Part shown: piece by piece, positions 48,801-60,144 of the stretch
How the letters are laid out: every line of letters begins with the position of its first letter
Numbering within the stretch: the first letter of the stretch is position 1
Source: Rebecca billardiae RCC1528
Taxonomy: Eukaryota; Protista; Haptophyta
Length of the DNA: 64,000 nt
Assembly (NCBI GenBank): GCA_965240325.2
Contig: OZ251226.1
Span: forward strand, 2,604,001 to 2,668,000
Direction: 5' to 3'
Notes under the pieces: model-generated
The model's input: the letters and a program-made list of their open reading frames with translations, nothing else
What the model was told of the DNA's origin: nothing
The model's database searches: none
Translations under genes and position numbers: made by a program

Positions 48801-51800
48801 TCCGCACGACGTACGTGAACGAGCGCTCCGTCGAGGTGCTCGACCCCAGGCGGATGCGCGACGCCTACCTCAAGGGCGACTTTGCGCCCGACGTCTTCGC
48901 GGCGTGGCCGCACGACCTGCTCGCGCTCGCGCTCGGCGCACACCCGATGTGGCGGTTCATCCTGCGCGCTGTGCGGCTGCTCAACCTGCGGTACACGCTG
49001 CGCGCGTACCTGCGCTGGGGCCGCTCGCTGCGCGACGACCAGCTGATCTTGGGGCTGTGCCACTACAGCCTCGTGCTGCTGCTCGTCTCGCACCTCCTCG
49101 CCTGAGTGTTCCACGTGCTCGGCGAGACCGACTTTGCGCGGCAGCGCGCGCGCGTCACGTGGGAGAAGGCGTACAACGAGGCGCGCGCGTCCGTGGACGG
49201 CGAGTTCCGCAAGTTCGACTCGGCGGAGCTGGAGGCGCTCGACCACTACCTCGCGGGCTCGTACCTCGTGCTCTCGATGGTCACCACCCTCGGCGCGTCG
49301 CAGCTGCCCGCCAACTACGCGGAGATCGGCTTCGCCATCTTCGCGATGGTGCTCAACATGACGGTGTTTGCGTGGGTGGTCGGCCAGGTCTCCGGGCTCG
49401 TGATGAAGCAGGACGACGAGATCGTCAAGAAGCGCGGCCAGCTCGAGGTGGTGAGCGCGTACGTCGAGCAGATCCGCGTGCCCGCCTCGCTCAAGGGGCG
49501 GCTGACCAAGTTCTTCCAGCTGCGGCTGCAGAACGCGTCGCTCTCCGCCACGTCGGGCGAGGCGATCTACGCGGGGCTGCCCATGTCGCTGCAGATCGAC
49601 GTGTCCGCGCACACGAACCGACACCTTGTCGGCGCCGCGCCGCTCTTCTCCAAGTGCTCCGAAGGCTTCAAGGACCGGCTCTCCTCGCTGCTGCGCGAGC
49701 GCGTGCTCGAGGCGGAGAGCGTGCTCTTCCGCGCGGGCGAGGCGTGCACCGACCTCGTCTTCGTCGCGTCGGGCGCGGTCGAGGTGTTCGACGAGGACGA
49801 GGCGCGCGGCCACGGCGCCGCCGAGCTGCTCTCCGAGATGGTGGACACGCTGGGGCCCGGCTCGACGCTCGGCGACGTGCCCTTCGTGTTCGGCGTGCGG
49901 CACGTGAAGACGGCGCGCGCCGCGCTCGGCCTGAGCAGCACCAGTCTGTTTGTGCTCTCAGCCGAGCAGTACAAGGAGCTGCTCAAGACGTTCCCCGGCG
50001 AGGAGGAGCACGTGATGGACGCGGCGCTGCGCGCGTCTGAGGGTGCGCGCGCCCTGCCCGCGCGCCGCCCCCGCCCCGCCCGCGCGCCGCCCCCGCCGCG
50101 CCCGCGCGCCGCCCCCACCGCGCCCGCGCGCCGCCCCCGCTCCGCACGCGCCGCGCCATCCGCACGCGCTGGCGCTCGCGCGCGCCGGGCGCTCACTCGG
50201 CCGCGGCGGTGTTCGGCGGCGCGCGGCTCGCGCTCTCGGCGCAGGGTTGACAACGATGCGCTCCGCGCGCTCCGCGCTCTCAGCGCGCTCGGGCGTGAGC
50301 TCGGCGGCGGCCTCCGAGTCCGAGTATGCCGCCTCAGTCTCGCCGAGCGCCGCCCCGTCCGAGTCGACGACGGCACACCACCAGGACTCGATGCATCGGC
50401 TCAACTCGGTGCGGGTCGCGCGCGCGCGCCCGAGCGAGCCCGGCCGCGCGTGCCGCGAGCCTCGCGTGCGGCGCCGCGCGACAGCCCCGCTCAGCCTCCT
50501 GCTCGCCCGACCGCACGCCCTCGGCACCGCGCGTGCGCGCGCACGCGTGGCACGCAGGTCCTCGCGCTCGCGCGGCAGCAGCGCGCCAGCCTGCAGCACG
50601 CGCGGCTGTGCTCCGCGTGCGCGCACGCCGACTACGCCAAGGTGCGGCGCATGCTCTTGGCTGGGAGCGTCGACGTCGACCGCGGCGACTATGCGGGCCG
50701 GCGCGCGCTGCACCTCGGCGCGTGCGCGGGCAGCACGCGGCTGATCGAGCTGCTGCTCTCGGCGCGCGCCGACGTGAACGCGGAGGACGAGCGCGGCAGC
50801 ACGCCGCTCGCCGACGCGCTACGCGCCAACCAGCCCGAGGCCGTGGAGCTGCTCGCGCGGCACGGCGGCGTGCTCTCGGCCTCGCACGCGGCGGACGATC
50901 TGATCAGCGCGGTCACGGACGCGGACGGGCTCGAGGCGCTGCAGCGGCTCATCCGCTTCGGCGCGAGCGTGAACGCGGCCACTGGCTTTGGCCGCACCGC
51001 GCTGCACCTCGCCGCGGCCGAGGGGCGGGTCGACTGCATCGCGCTGCTGCTGGAGCACGGCGCGGACGCCAACGCGGTGGACAAACGCGGCAACACGCCG
51101 CTGCGCTCCGCGCTCACGCATGCGCAGCTCGGCAGCGCGGACGCGCTGCTCGCCGCCGGCGCCCACCTCGGCGGCCTCGACCACGCGGCGCGGCTCAATG
51201 AGGCGGCCGCGGCGGACGACGCGCCCGCGCTCGAGCGGCTGCTCTACTTCCGGTGCGACGTGAACGCGGCCGATTCGTTCGGCCGCACCGCGCTGCACGT
51301 GGCCGCGTCGCACGGCGCGCTCGGCGCCGCGAGCTGCCTGTGCAAGGCAGCTGGCGTGGACGTGAACGCGGAGGACGACCACGGGCACACGCCGCTGGAG
51401 GACGCCGCGCGCGAGGAGAGCGCGCACATGGCGGTGGTCAGCGCTCTGCTCAACGCCCACGGCGCGCGGCGCGGCTCGGGCCAGCCGCGCGCCGCGCTCG
51501 CGCGCGCCAAGGAGTCGAAGCAGCAGCGGCGGCAGGAGCGGCTTGAGGCCGAGCTGCACTCGCGCGAGCAGCTGCTGGGCTCCGTGCGCGCAGCCCAGCA
51601 GTGGGTCGACGCCGAGCGCGCGGCGGTGGGGCGAATGCGCAAGGCGGTGGAGGCCGCCCTCCAGACACAGCGCAAGCACGGGGCCGTGCTGCTCGAGCGC
51701 CACCCCGGCCTCTGGGAGGAGCTCAAGGACTTTGCCGAGGCGCACCGCGAGCAGCAGGTGCGGGTGCAGCAGCTGCTCGCGCCGGAGCTGCACACGCACG

Positions 51801-52220
51801 CCCACTCGGCCGCGGGCTACGCGCCGGGCGCTGCCAAGGCGATGATCAAGTCGGTACGTCACGACGCACTGCGCGCCGCGGCGCGCGGCACGCGTGCGAC
51901 CCCTGCCGCACCACCCCCACACGCTTGATGCACGCTGGTTGCCACGTCGATCTTGCGATCTCACAGCAGCAATATGTGCTGCGCGCCCCGGCCTCGCGCC
52001 CGCGGCCGTGCAGGTGACTGACCTGATCAAGCAGCATGACAAGATGGCCTCGCGACCGCTCGAGCGCATATACGAGACGCGCTTTCGGCGGCATCAGCAT
52101 ACGCAGGATCATTATCAGGCAGCAGCTTCTGACGACTCTGCCCTGCAGGCTCAGAGTCAGGCTGCGGACGAGCCACACCGTCACCCACAGTACTATCACA
52201 CCCGGCCATCCGCCGCCTGA
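42855..52220 (+). CDS. Tandem two-module cation channel: 2x (6TM-pore + CNBD + ankyrin repeats) with an EF-hand-like linker and an in-frame TGA at 49103-49105
   Basis: Module 1: pore MTAFGYGP, C-linker RVRSYYEFQ, CNBD VVGEIAFF, ankyrins DGRTALHLAA. Module 2: FRTTYVNE..EVLDP..MRDAYLKGDF, pore VTTLG, CNBD, ankyrins. Introns at 43700-43818, 50043-50244, 50409-50557 and 51854-52013. Confidence 0.85.
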
Positions 52221-52322
52221 TGCTCGACCGCCGATGATGATGACGACGACGACGAGCAGTATATATATATATAGTAGTGATAGCAGTCGTCGTAGATGCG
52301 ATGCATCATCAGCCGCAAGCTA

Positions 52323-53339
52323 TCATCGGCGCCATCCCGAGAGCAAATGAGACCAGCTCATGCGAGCAGCAGCTTTGCCAAGCAGCTGGTCGACCAGGTC
52401 GGAGCCATCGATCACGAGGCGCGCCCTCTCCTGCACTCCACTGTCTCTGGGATGCGCGTCAAGGGCTTGCTGGGCAGCTTCCCGGGCGCCCAGCTTCATG
52501 GCCAGCTGGTATCGCCCCAGAGCTGCGTGGTCGGTGCCGTAGCACACCGTGCAGATCGCCCAGGAGCCATGCTCTTGGACGCCGGCGCTCTGGAGGTGGG
52601 CGCGCATGCCGGAGAGAACGGCTTGCAACGCGCCGTGCTTCGACGCGACGGCGGCCCTGGCGCGCGCCGCAGCGTCGTCGCCGGCGCAAATGTTGTGCAC
52701 AGCCCACGCGCCATAGAGCTGCACTGCCTCGTCGCGCACGTGCACTCTCAGGGCGTCGCATATCATGCGCAAACCGCCCGCATCGACCACGGCCTGCGCG
52801 CGCGCACGGCCATCGGCGTCGTCACCGATACTGAGGGTGTTGAGCGCACGGCATGAGAGGCCCTGCACACCCGCGTGGTCCGCGTGGGCCTGCATGGCGC
52901 CAAGCAGCGCACGCACGACACCTGCATCGAGCCCAGCCTGCTTTCGAGAGGAACCGACGGGGTCAGAGCCCTGGCACAGGACGAGGATGGCAAGCGCCCC
53001 GTGCTCCATCATGCTAGCACTGCCCCGATGAGTCGCCATCGCATCGACCACGATCGGAAGGGCTCCAACTGTCACGGCCGATCTCTTCACGTCGATGCTG
53101 TTCGAGCAGAGGCTGGTGAGTGCGCCGACGCCCATCGTCTGCACGCGCAAATCGGTGCGGTGCGCGCGCATGCACGACAGCACCGGCTGCAGCGCGCCTT
53201 CCCTGGATGCAGCAGAGCTCGGTTGCTCGGGCGTGCGCGTGGCGTAATCTCGCAGAGCCTGCAGCGCGCCGGCGGCGTCACTCGGCGAGGCGCCCGCCGT
53301 CGACTGTGAGCGCACTGCTGCGATGAGCGCATCCGCCAT
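52323..53339 (-). CDS. Armadillo-repeat protein (aardvark/LRRK2-N-like repeats)
   Basis: ~6 repeats of GAL..V...MRAH....VQ..G..AL..LC. Confidence 0.85.
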   Translation of the reverse strand: MADALIAAVRSQSTAGASPSDAAGALQALRDYATRTPEQPSSAASREGALQPVLSCMRAHRTDLRVQTMGVGALTSLCSNSIDVKRSAVTVGALPIVVDAMATHRGSASMMEHGALAILVLCQGSDPVGSSRKQAGLDAGVVRALLGAMQAHADHAGVQGLSCRALNTLSIGDDADGRARAQAVVDAGGLRMICDALRVHVRDEAVQLYGAWAVHNICAGDDAAARARAAVASKHGALQAVLSGMRAHLQSAGVQEHGSWAICTVCYGTDHAALGRYQLAMKLGAREAAQQALDAHPRDSGVQERARLVIDGSDLVDQLLGKAAARMSWSHLLSGWRR

Positions 53340-53365
53340 TGTTGATGGAAGAAAGCGGCCCCGGC

Positions 53366-56004
53366 CGGGGAACTTACAGTCAGACGCTCTGAATCGGCCC
53401 CCTCGCTCAGAGCGCTCTGAGCGAGGGGCCGATTCAGAGGGTTTTCCGCCCGCCCCACTGGCGAGCGCGGTGCGGGACGCACATCGTACTGGGGCGGTGC
53501 TCAGCGCTGCACTCACGGCGCGCCGCGATGTGTTCGGGCGGTGGACGGGGCTGAATCGGCCGAGAGTGACGGTGCGATGGGCCGTGGTGACTCTGCCATC
53601 ACCCAGTGATCTCGTGCGGTGCCAGCTCGCCCTTCGCTTCGTCGCCACTCGCACTCGCACCAGTCGCGTGCGCCCATGGCTTGCCTTTCGCGCGCTGTGT
53701 TCCCGCGCAGTGTGTGCTTGGTAGCAGGGTGCTGGTGGCCGGTGGTTGCCGGCGCGGAGGAACGAAATGTTTGCAGCTACGCTACATCCCAGACGCCATG
53801 TGCCCGTCCTCGTCGAGCGATGGACAGACACGCGTGTCGCGCATGCGCTCGCGGAAGCAGGCTGCACAGCGGCGCGCGGGCCTGGCTGCACGCGCAGGAC
53901 AAGCTGCACCACACAGCTGCCCCCGCCATGAGCCCCAGCTGCGTACGCACACCTCTTCCGTGTTGTCTGATCCGCCAGGCCGACACCGCGCGGAGACTGC
54001 GTGAGACACCGACAGTCAGCGGCCACGGCGCACACAGGTCACTGGCACATGCGGCGGCGCGCAGCAGCTGATGCAGCCGTTGCTTCGATTGATGAAACAG
54101 CAACAGCGCCGGTGGCAGTCGCCCCATCGCTGCCGCTGGCACACCCGCACTTGCTGACATATCGCCAACAGCACTCGCAGCCCTTGCACCTCCGGCAGCT
54201 GTGGCTCGACGATCGGCTGAGCGGCGGCAATCTGAGGACACAGTCGTCCGAGCAGCCGCGCGGGAAGGTGCTTCGGGGGGTCGCTGTCGCGGGAGTCCTG
54301 CTCCAAGCAGCTGCTGCAGATGCTGCGGCTGGGACAACAACTGTTGTGGCTCGCGTTGGCAGCTTCAACGCAGCCGTACCAGCGTTATGAGGGGAGATGA
54401 CTTGTGGATTGGGATTTTATGCAGCCTCTTTTTCATTCCGCCTTGCAGGGATTTTAATTAAAATAAAAATCCAGCTTGCGCAGAGTCCGAGACTTGGCGT
54501 TTGCAGAAGCTGTGCAGCAGGGCTCAACTCGTCACCGCGTACAGCGTCGGCGCTCGGAGCCTTAGGAGGACTTCGTACCCGCCGGGCGTGGTGGGCGTGT
54601 CCCGCCCGGCGCGCAGCTTAGCACTGTACGTGGGCGAGACAGCCCCTTCCGCGTCTGGCACTTCGGCGGCGGTGCCGATGGTGGAGGCCGCTCGCCGCGC
54701 GCGCCTGACGGCAGCACCTCAAGCAGCGCTGACCCATGCGCATGCGGACGGGTGCGGCAATGGCGGTGGGTTTCGCAACATGCACAGCGTCAGACGCTCG
54801 GCACCAGGTCCGCTCAGCTGCAGCAATAGCACCATCGGTGCGGCGCCTGGCGCTCAGTGGGCGGCGTGTCGGGCGGATGCAGATGCACTTGCCGTCTGAA
54901 TCAGGACGCCGGGCATGCCGAAGCAGTTCGCCCCAGCGCGCGCACTCGCAGAGTGAGAACGGCCGCCCTGCCGGCCGGAGGCCAATGCACTCGCCTGGCG
55001 GCTGCCGGCGCACGGTAGGCCAGGGCAACGTAAAGCACCCGAAAGCACCACGGCGGTGGTGACCGAGCTCACTACCACGGGCGGTGGCGCGGCCGATGTC
55101 GCGAGCGTGAGCGCAAGCGTGGCCGTGAGCAATGCGAGCAGCGCGAGGGAGGCGTGGCGCGGTCGCGCCCGCCCTTCCGACGAGGAACGAGGGCTTTCTT
55201 GCGCGAGGGGTCCCCAACGGCAGGTAGCAGCGATGTCGCGCCATCGCTTAGCGCACCGACGTTGCCAGCCGGTCGACGTGGCCATCGCTTCCGAGAGAAA
55301 GCTGTAAGCCAGATTGCTGCCGCACGCAACCGTGTGCGCTGTGGCCGCTGACTGTTGGTGTCTCACGCACGCAGTCTCCGCACCGTGTCGGCCTGGCGGA
55401 TCAGACAACACGGAAGAGGTGTGCGTACGCAGCTGGGGCTCATGGCGGGGGCAGCTGTGTGGTGCAGCTTGTCCTGCGCGTGCAGCCAGGCCCGCGCGCC
55501 GCCGTGCAGCCTGCTTCCGCGAGCGCATGCGCGACACGCGTGTCTGTCCATCGCTCGACGAGGACGGGCACATGGCGTCTGGGATGTAGCGTAGCTGCAA
55601 ACATTTCGTTCCTCCGCGCCGGCAACCACCGGCCACCAGCACCCTGCTACCAAGCACACACTGCGCGGGAACACAGCGCGCGAAAGGCAAGCCATGGGCG
55701 CACGCGACTGGTGCGAGTGCGAGTGGCGACGAAGCGAAGGGCGAGCTGGCACCGCACGAGATCACTGGGTGATGGCAGAGTCACCACGGCCCATCGCACC
55801 GTCACTCTCGGCCGATTCAGCCCCGTCCACCGCCCGAACACATCGCGGCGAGCCGTGAGTGCAGTGCTGAGCACCGCCCCAGTGCGATGTGCGTCCCGAC
55901 CGCGCTCGCCAGTGGGGCGGGCGGAAAACCCTCTGAATCGGCCCCTCGCTCAGAGCGCTCTGAGCGAGGGGGCCGATTCAGAGCGTCTGACTGTAAGTTC
56001 CCCG
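53366..56004. mobile_element. MULE-like non-autonomous element (~2.64 kb) with ~670-bp TIRs and a 9-bp TSD
   Basis: 53366-54035 is a near-perfect reverse complement of 55332-56004. Direct repeat ggccccggc at 53357-53365 and 56005-56013. Confidence 0.88.
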
Positions 56005-56079
56005 GGCCCCGGCCGGGGCGGCGGCGCGCGCGCGAGGAGCCGCCGACAAGGCTCGACTCCACAGCGAGCGCGCCGCGCG

Positions 56080-56967
56080 ATGATCGCCCGCCTCACACGG
56101 CTCGCCGTGCGGAGGCCATCGAGCCCGGGCGTGTTGCTGGGGCGGCAGCCAGCCCCCTGCCGCCCTTGGAGCCGCCCCGTCCACCTCGCCGTGCCCGGTG
56201 AGCACGCCGCCGCGACGCACGGCATACCGGCTCCCGCTGACCATCAGGGCAAGGGCGAGGGCCGCGGTGGGCGCGGGCCACCCTGGAGCGCGGCGGCGCT
56301 GGTGCCTGGCGCTGTGGCGGCTGTTACGGTGGCCGCATGGAGCAGCGTGTGTTCCGACACGCGCCCTGCATGCGCGCCTCTGGGCGAGGTGGCGCCGTCG
56401 GACGACACGACTGGTGCGGGCACCGGCACGACGGGTGCCGCTGGCCCGACTGAGTGGCCCGAGATCTTCCAGGGATTCCTCGACCAGGCGCTTCGCAAGT
56501 CCAGGGCGGGCGGGGGCGCTGGCCAGCGCGGCTCGTGCGCAGCGGAGGCGGACCCGAGCGCCGAAGCTCGCGAGCTGAACGCACTCATCGAGGAGACAGC
56601 GGCTTTGCACGAGACTGGCGGCTCTGGCCGCACGGGAGGTGGCAGTGGCCGGCGCGCGGGTGCAGGGGGCACCGGGTCGGCCATGGAGGACGACGCGGGT
56701 GGCGTGGTCGGGGATGGTGACGACCGCGACTGGCAGGTGCTCGGAGCGTCTCCATCGCGACGAACTGCGCGCGAGCCTGGCGTCCATGGCCTGATTTACT
56801 TTGAACTATGGAGTGCCCCGCGCGGCTGCTGGTACGCACCACCAAAACCATACCGTTTGACAACTGGCGAAGCTGGCAAAACCATCGACGAGGTATTCAG
56901 CACTCGGGACGAAGCACTGGCGGCACAGGCGTGGTTTTACGGCTCGTCTCGTGCAGTCACTGAGTGA
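56080..56967 (+). CDS. Hypothetical protein, possible mitochondrial presequence
   Basis: 296-codon ORF with an Arg-rich acid-free N-terminus (MIARLTRLAVRRPSS), a short hydrophobic stretch and an aromatic-rich C-terminus. No family recognised. Confidence 0.45.
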   Translation: MIARLTRLAVRRPSSPGVLLGRQPAPCRPWSRPVHLAVPGEHAAATHGIPAPADHQGKGEGRGGRGPPWSAAALVPGAVAAVTVAAWSSVCSDTRPACAPLGEVAPSDDTTGAGTGTTGAAGPTEWPEIFQGFLDQALRKSRAGGGAGQRGSCAAEADPSAEARELNALIEETAALHETGGSGRTGGGSGRRAGAGGTGSAMEDDAGGVVGDGDDRDWQVLGASPSRRTAREPGVHGLIYFELWSAPRGCWYAPPKPYRLTTGEAGKTIDEVFSTRDEALAAQAWFYGSSRAVTE

Positions 56968-57273
56968 GTCGTGCCTTGACGTCACAGGATGTTGAGCGCA
57001 GGCGTGCGCGCGCACGCGATGGTGGGCCATCAAGCACATCAACAGAGTGAATAGACTATATGACGGTCACCGATAGTATAGTCCGACATGAGACTGTTAT
57101 CATGAGACCGAATGACGCGGCGCGCTCATCACCGCGCGGCTCAGACTGCATACAGCATAAAGGCCGGTACTCACTACGCGTCTACGGTCCGGATCGCATA
57201 TCGTCGGACGAGGGGGCGGCCGCGATGAGAATGGGGCGGATGCCGGCGCCGAGCAATGTAGGCCGCGCGAGGC

Positions 57274-58143
57274 TCAGCCGCGGAAGCCCGCGGCACTGCG
57301 GTTGCAGAGAAGCCACTGGGCGGACGAGCCGTAGGCAGGCTCGATCGACAGATGGTCGTTCGCATCCAGCCCGTTCGTGCCGAGCGCCGTGTGCGCGGCC
57401 GCGGGAGCTGCCAGCCACTGGTCAGACATCGGGGCGGCTGCGAGCGCGAGGCTGTGCTCGACTCTCCGCTGTTCCATGCCCACCCATCCGAACGGCTGCC
57501 GATCGAAGGCCTCCTCCTCGCCGATGTCGATCGTGACCACGTGCGCAGCCTTGCCGATCGGGATGCGAAAGCCCGGCCGCGGCGCAAACGCCGCCTGGAG
57601 CGGGTCCTCAGAGGGCAGCTCCACGGCCTTGCCGTGGACAAGTAGCCACAGCTTCATGGGGCGGCTGACTCCGTCGAATTCCGCCTCCACCTCGCTCACG
57701 AGCTTGCGCAGCATGCGCCGCGTGCAGTCCTGTGCGACAGGCCTGTCGACCGGGCCGCCGAGCGACGGCGGCGATGTCGAGGCGAACCGCAGGACGTACA
57801 CCTCCTTGGGGAGGGTTGGGGAGTGGCCGAGCGCGAGCGCAACGAGCCCTGGCGGCGACTCGGCCACGAGTGCACGCAGGGCACCGAGCATGCCGTGCAC
57901 GGCCTCGACACACCTCTCGCGGCGCCTCGCAGCCATCACGACGCCGGCAGTTGGCGTCGCGCTCGTTCGCGTGTCGCTGACGAGCTCGTCGAACTGCTTT
58001 GGGACCTGCCGTCGCACGAAGAGGAGGTACTTGACGAGCGCCTCGACCAGCACTGCGCGCAGCTCCGTCCCACCGGTGCCCAGGCTCCGCTTCAGAGGCA
58101 CCTCAACATGTGTGTGTGTCGCACGCTTCCTCGACGGCGCCAT
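57274..58143 (-). CDS. MAD2L1BP: p31comet / MAD2L1-binding protein (HORMA fold)
   Basis: LVKYLLFVRRQVPKQFDEL, LALGHSPTLPKEVYVL, CTRRMLRKLV and FAPRPGFRIP match the p31comet pattern. Confidence 0.75.
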   Translation of the reverse strand: MAPSRKRATHTHVEVPLKRSLGTGGTELRAVLVEALVKYLLFVRRQVPKQFDELVSDTRTSATPTAGVVMAARRRERCVEAVHGMLGALRALVAESPPGLVALALGHSPTLPKEVYVLRFASTSPPSLGGPVDRPVAQDCTRRMLRKLVSEVEAEFDGVSRPMKLWLLVHGKAVELPSEDPLQAAFAPRPGFRIPIGKAAHVVTIDIGEEEAFDRQPFGWVGMEQRRVEHSLALAAAPMSDQWLAAPAAAHTALGTNGLDANDHLSIEPAYGSSAQWLLCNRSAAGFRG

Positions 58144-58371
58144 CGTTACCACCGAGAGTTATTTTGATGAGTTCATCCGGCTGGCGACGACCGTTCAAAA
58201 TCAGATGTGGTGATGCCGGCCCACCGCCCTTGCCGGACTCCATGGCGGGACCGCAATCGGCCAGGCGCGGCACTCGCGGCAGCAGTGCTAAGCACATGCA
58301 TGTTGATGTACTACAGTCTCAGTATGATCAGACAGTAATCAATCAAGCCGCGCGCGCTGCGCGCAGCTCAG

Positions 58372-60111
58372 TCACGAGCCAGCGGGACCGCCGTCCGCAG
58401 GGCTGCCGGCGCCGCGCCCTCCTGCACTCCCCTCGTCAATCGGCGACATCTGGCTCTGCGTGCTGGCAGGGCCTGCCGAGCTGCCGCCGCCCGACGGGCT
58501 CGCGCCGGGCTTGTCCGCCGCGCCCAGGCCAAAGGACGCGCCGGAGCGCGCGCTGGCGCCCCCGCCGCTCGGCGAGCCGTTCGCCTCGCGCAGCGGGCCG
58601 GGCTGCACGCGCACGCCGCTCGGCTCGCCCGCGCCGCCCGCGCCGCGCGGCCCCTGCGGCCCCTGCGGCCCCTGCGGCACGCTCATCCTCAGTCGCCACT
58701 CGCCTGCGACCACGTCGTACAGGTTGATCGAGGTGAGCCCGCCGCCCGGACCGGCGTCGAGGTCCGGGTCGCGCAGCAGGACCTCGAGGTTGTGGTGGTA
58801 CCGGCGCAGCGCCTCCACCGCCTGCTGCTTCGAGATCAGCCGGCCGAACGACTGCCCTGAGCGCGCGCGCTTCTGCAAGAACTCCCAGTTCTTGAGCGGC
58901 GAGATGAGCGTACCGTACACGTGCACCTCGTACCCCGCGCCGCGCAGCGTGCGCACCTGCTCGACGATCTGCGGCACGTTGTACAGCGTCTTCTCCAGCC
59001 TGCGGGCGGCGGCGGAGCGGTGCGGTGCGGTGCGGTGACGGCGTGAGAAGCCGGGCGGGCAGTGCTCCGCCGGGGCGCGTGCGGGCGGGCGGGCGGGCGC
59101 GCCGGGCTCCGCGCGCCGCTGCCCGCGCCGCGCCGCCAGCGCGCCGCGCGCACATGAAGGGCAGGCGGAGCTCGACGGCGCGCTCCACCACCTTGCGCAC
59201 GATGTAGATCGACTCCCTGTGCAGGTACTGCGCGTGCAGCAGCTGCTTCGAGTAGCCTGAGGGCGGGAGGGGGGCGCGCGCCGCGCGCGCCGCGCCGTGC
59301 GTGCGTGTCAGCCGTGCGTGCGTGTCAGCCCAGCACTGGCGGGCGCAGGGCATCGGCGGCGCCCCGCCGCCTCCCGCCCCCCCCCTCCCGCGCGCGCGCA
59401 CCGTGCTGCTCGCAGTGCGTGCGCACGTCCTTGCACAGCTCGTCCTCCGCCCACTGCGCCAGGTAGCCCTTGAGGCGGTCAGCGCTCGCGTCGATCAGCT
59501 CGATGCCGACCGGCGAGTGCTGCCTGCGCAAGTACTTCTTGAGTACGGAGTCCTTGCCCGAGCCGGGCACGCCGACGACGATGTACGCGCGGCGCAGCCC
59601 CGGGCCGTGCGCGGCCGACGCGGAGGGCGGCGCGCCGAAGCCGCGCCTGCCCGCGCCGGCCGGGAGCATGTGCGCCATGATGCGCTCATGCAGCGCGGCG
59701 CGCTCAGGCGTGAACGCGCCGTCCGAGCACGTGTACTCGTCGCCGATGACGCGGGGGGACTCGCACGCGAGCACGATCGAGTCGCGCGTGTTCGCCGGGT
59801 CCGCCCAGTCGCCGAAGTAGTCGAGCGCCGCGATCGCGCGCTCGTACAGCCCGCGCTCCTCCGCGGTGAGCTCGAGGCTCATGTCGGGCAACCGCTGCAG
59901 CAGGCGCACTTCGATCTCGTCGAGGGAGATCAGCTTTGCGAGCTCGTTGGCGAGGGCGTCGTCCTGCGCGTACGCGGCGTCGCCGACGAGCGGCCGCCCC
60001 GCCGCGTCGAGCGCGTCCATCATCGCCGCCTCGGGCATCATCACCTCCCACGAGCGCCCGCCAGGAAATGTCTCGGAAGCGGCGCGGCCGCTCGTGCCGT
60101 TGCGCTCGGCT

Positions 60112-60144
<33 letters not shown>

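Noticed and set aside
54036-55331. Transposase or Pack-MULE cargo inside the MULE-like element (Cys-rich CRRCKGCECC stretch on the minus strand)
   Set aside because: No recognisable DDE or SWIM motifs or host-gene similarity by eye.
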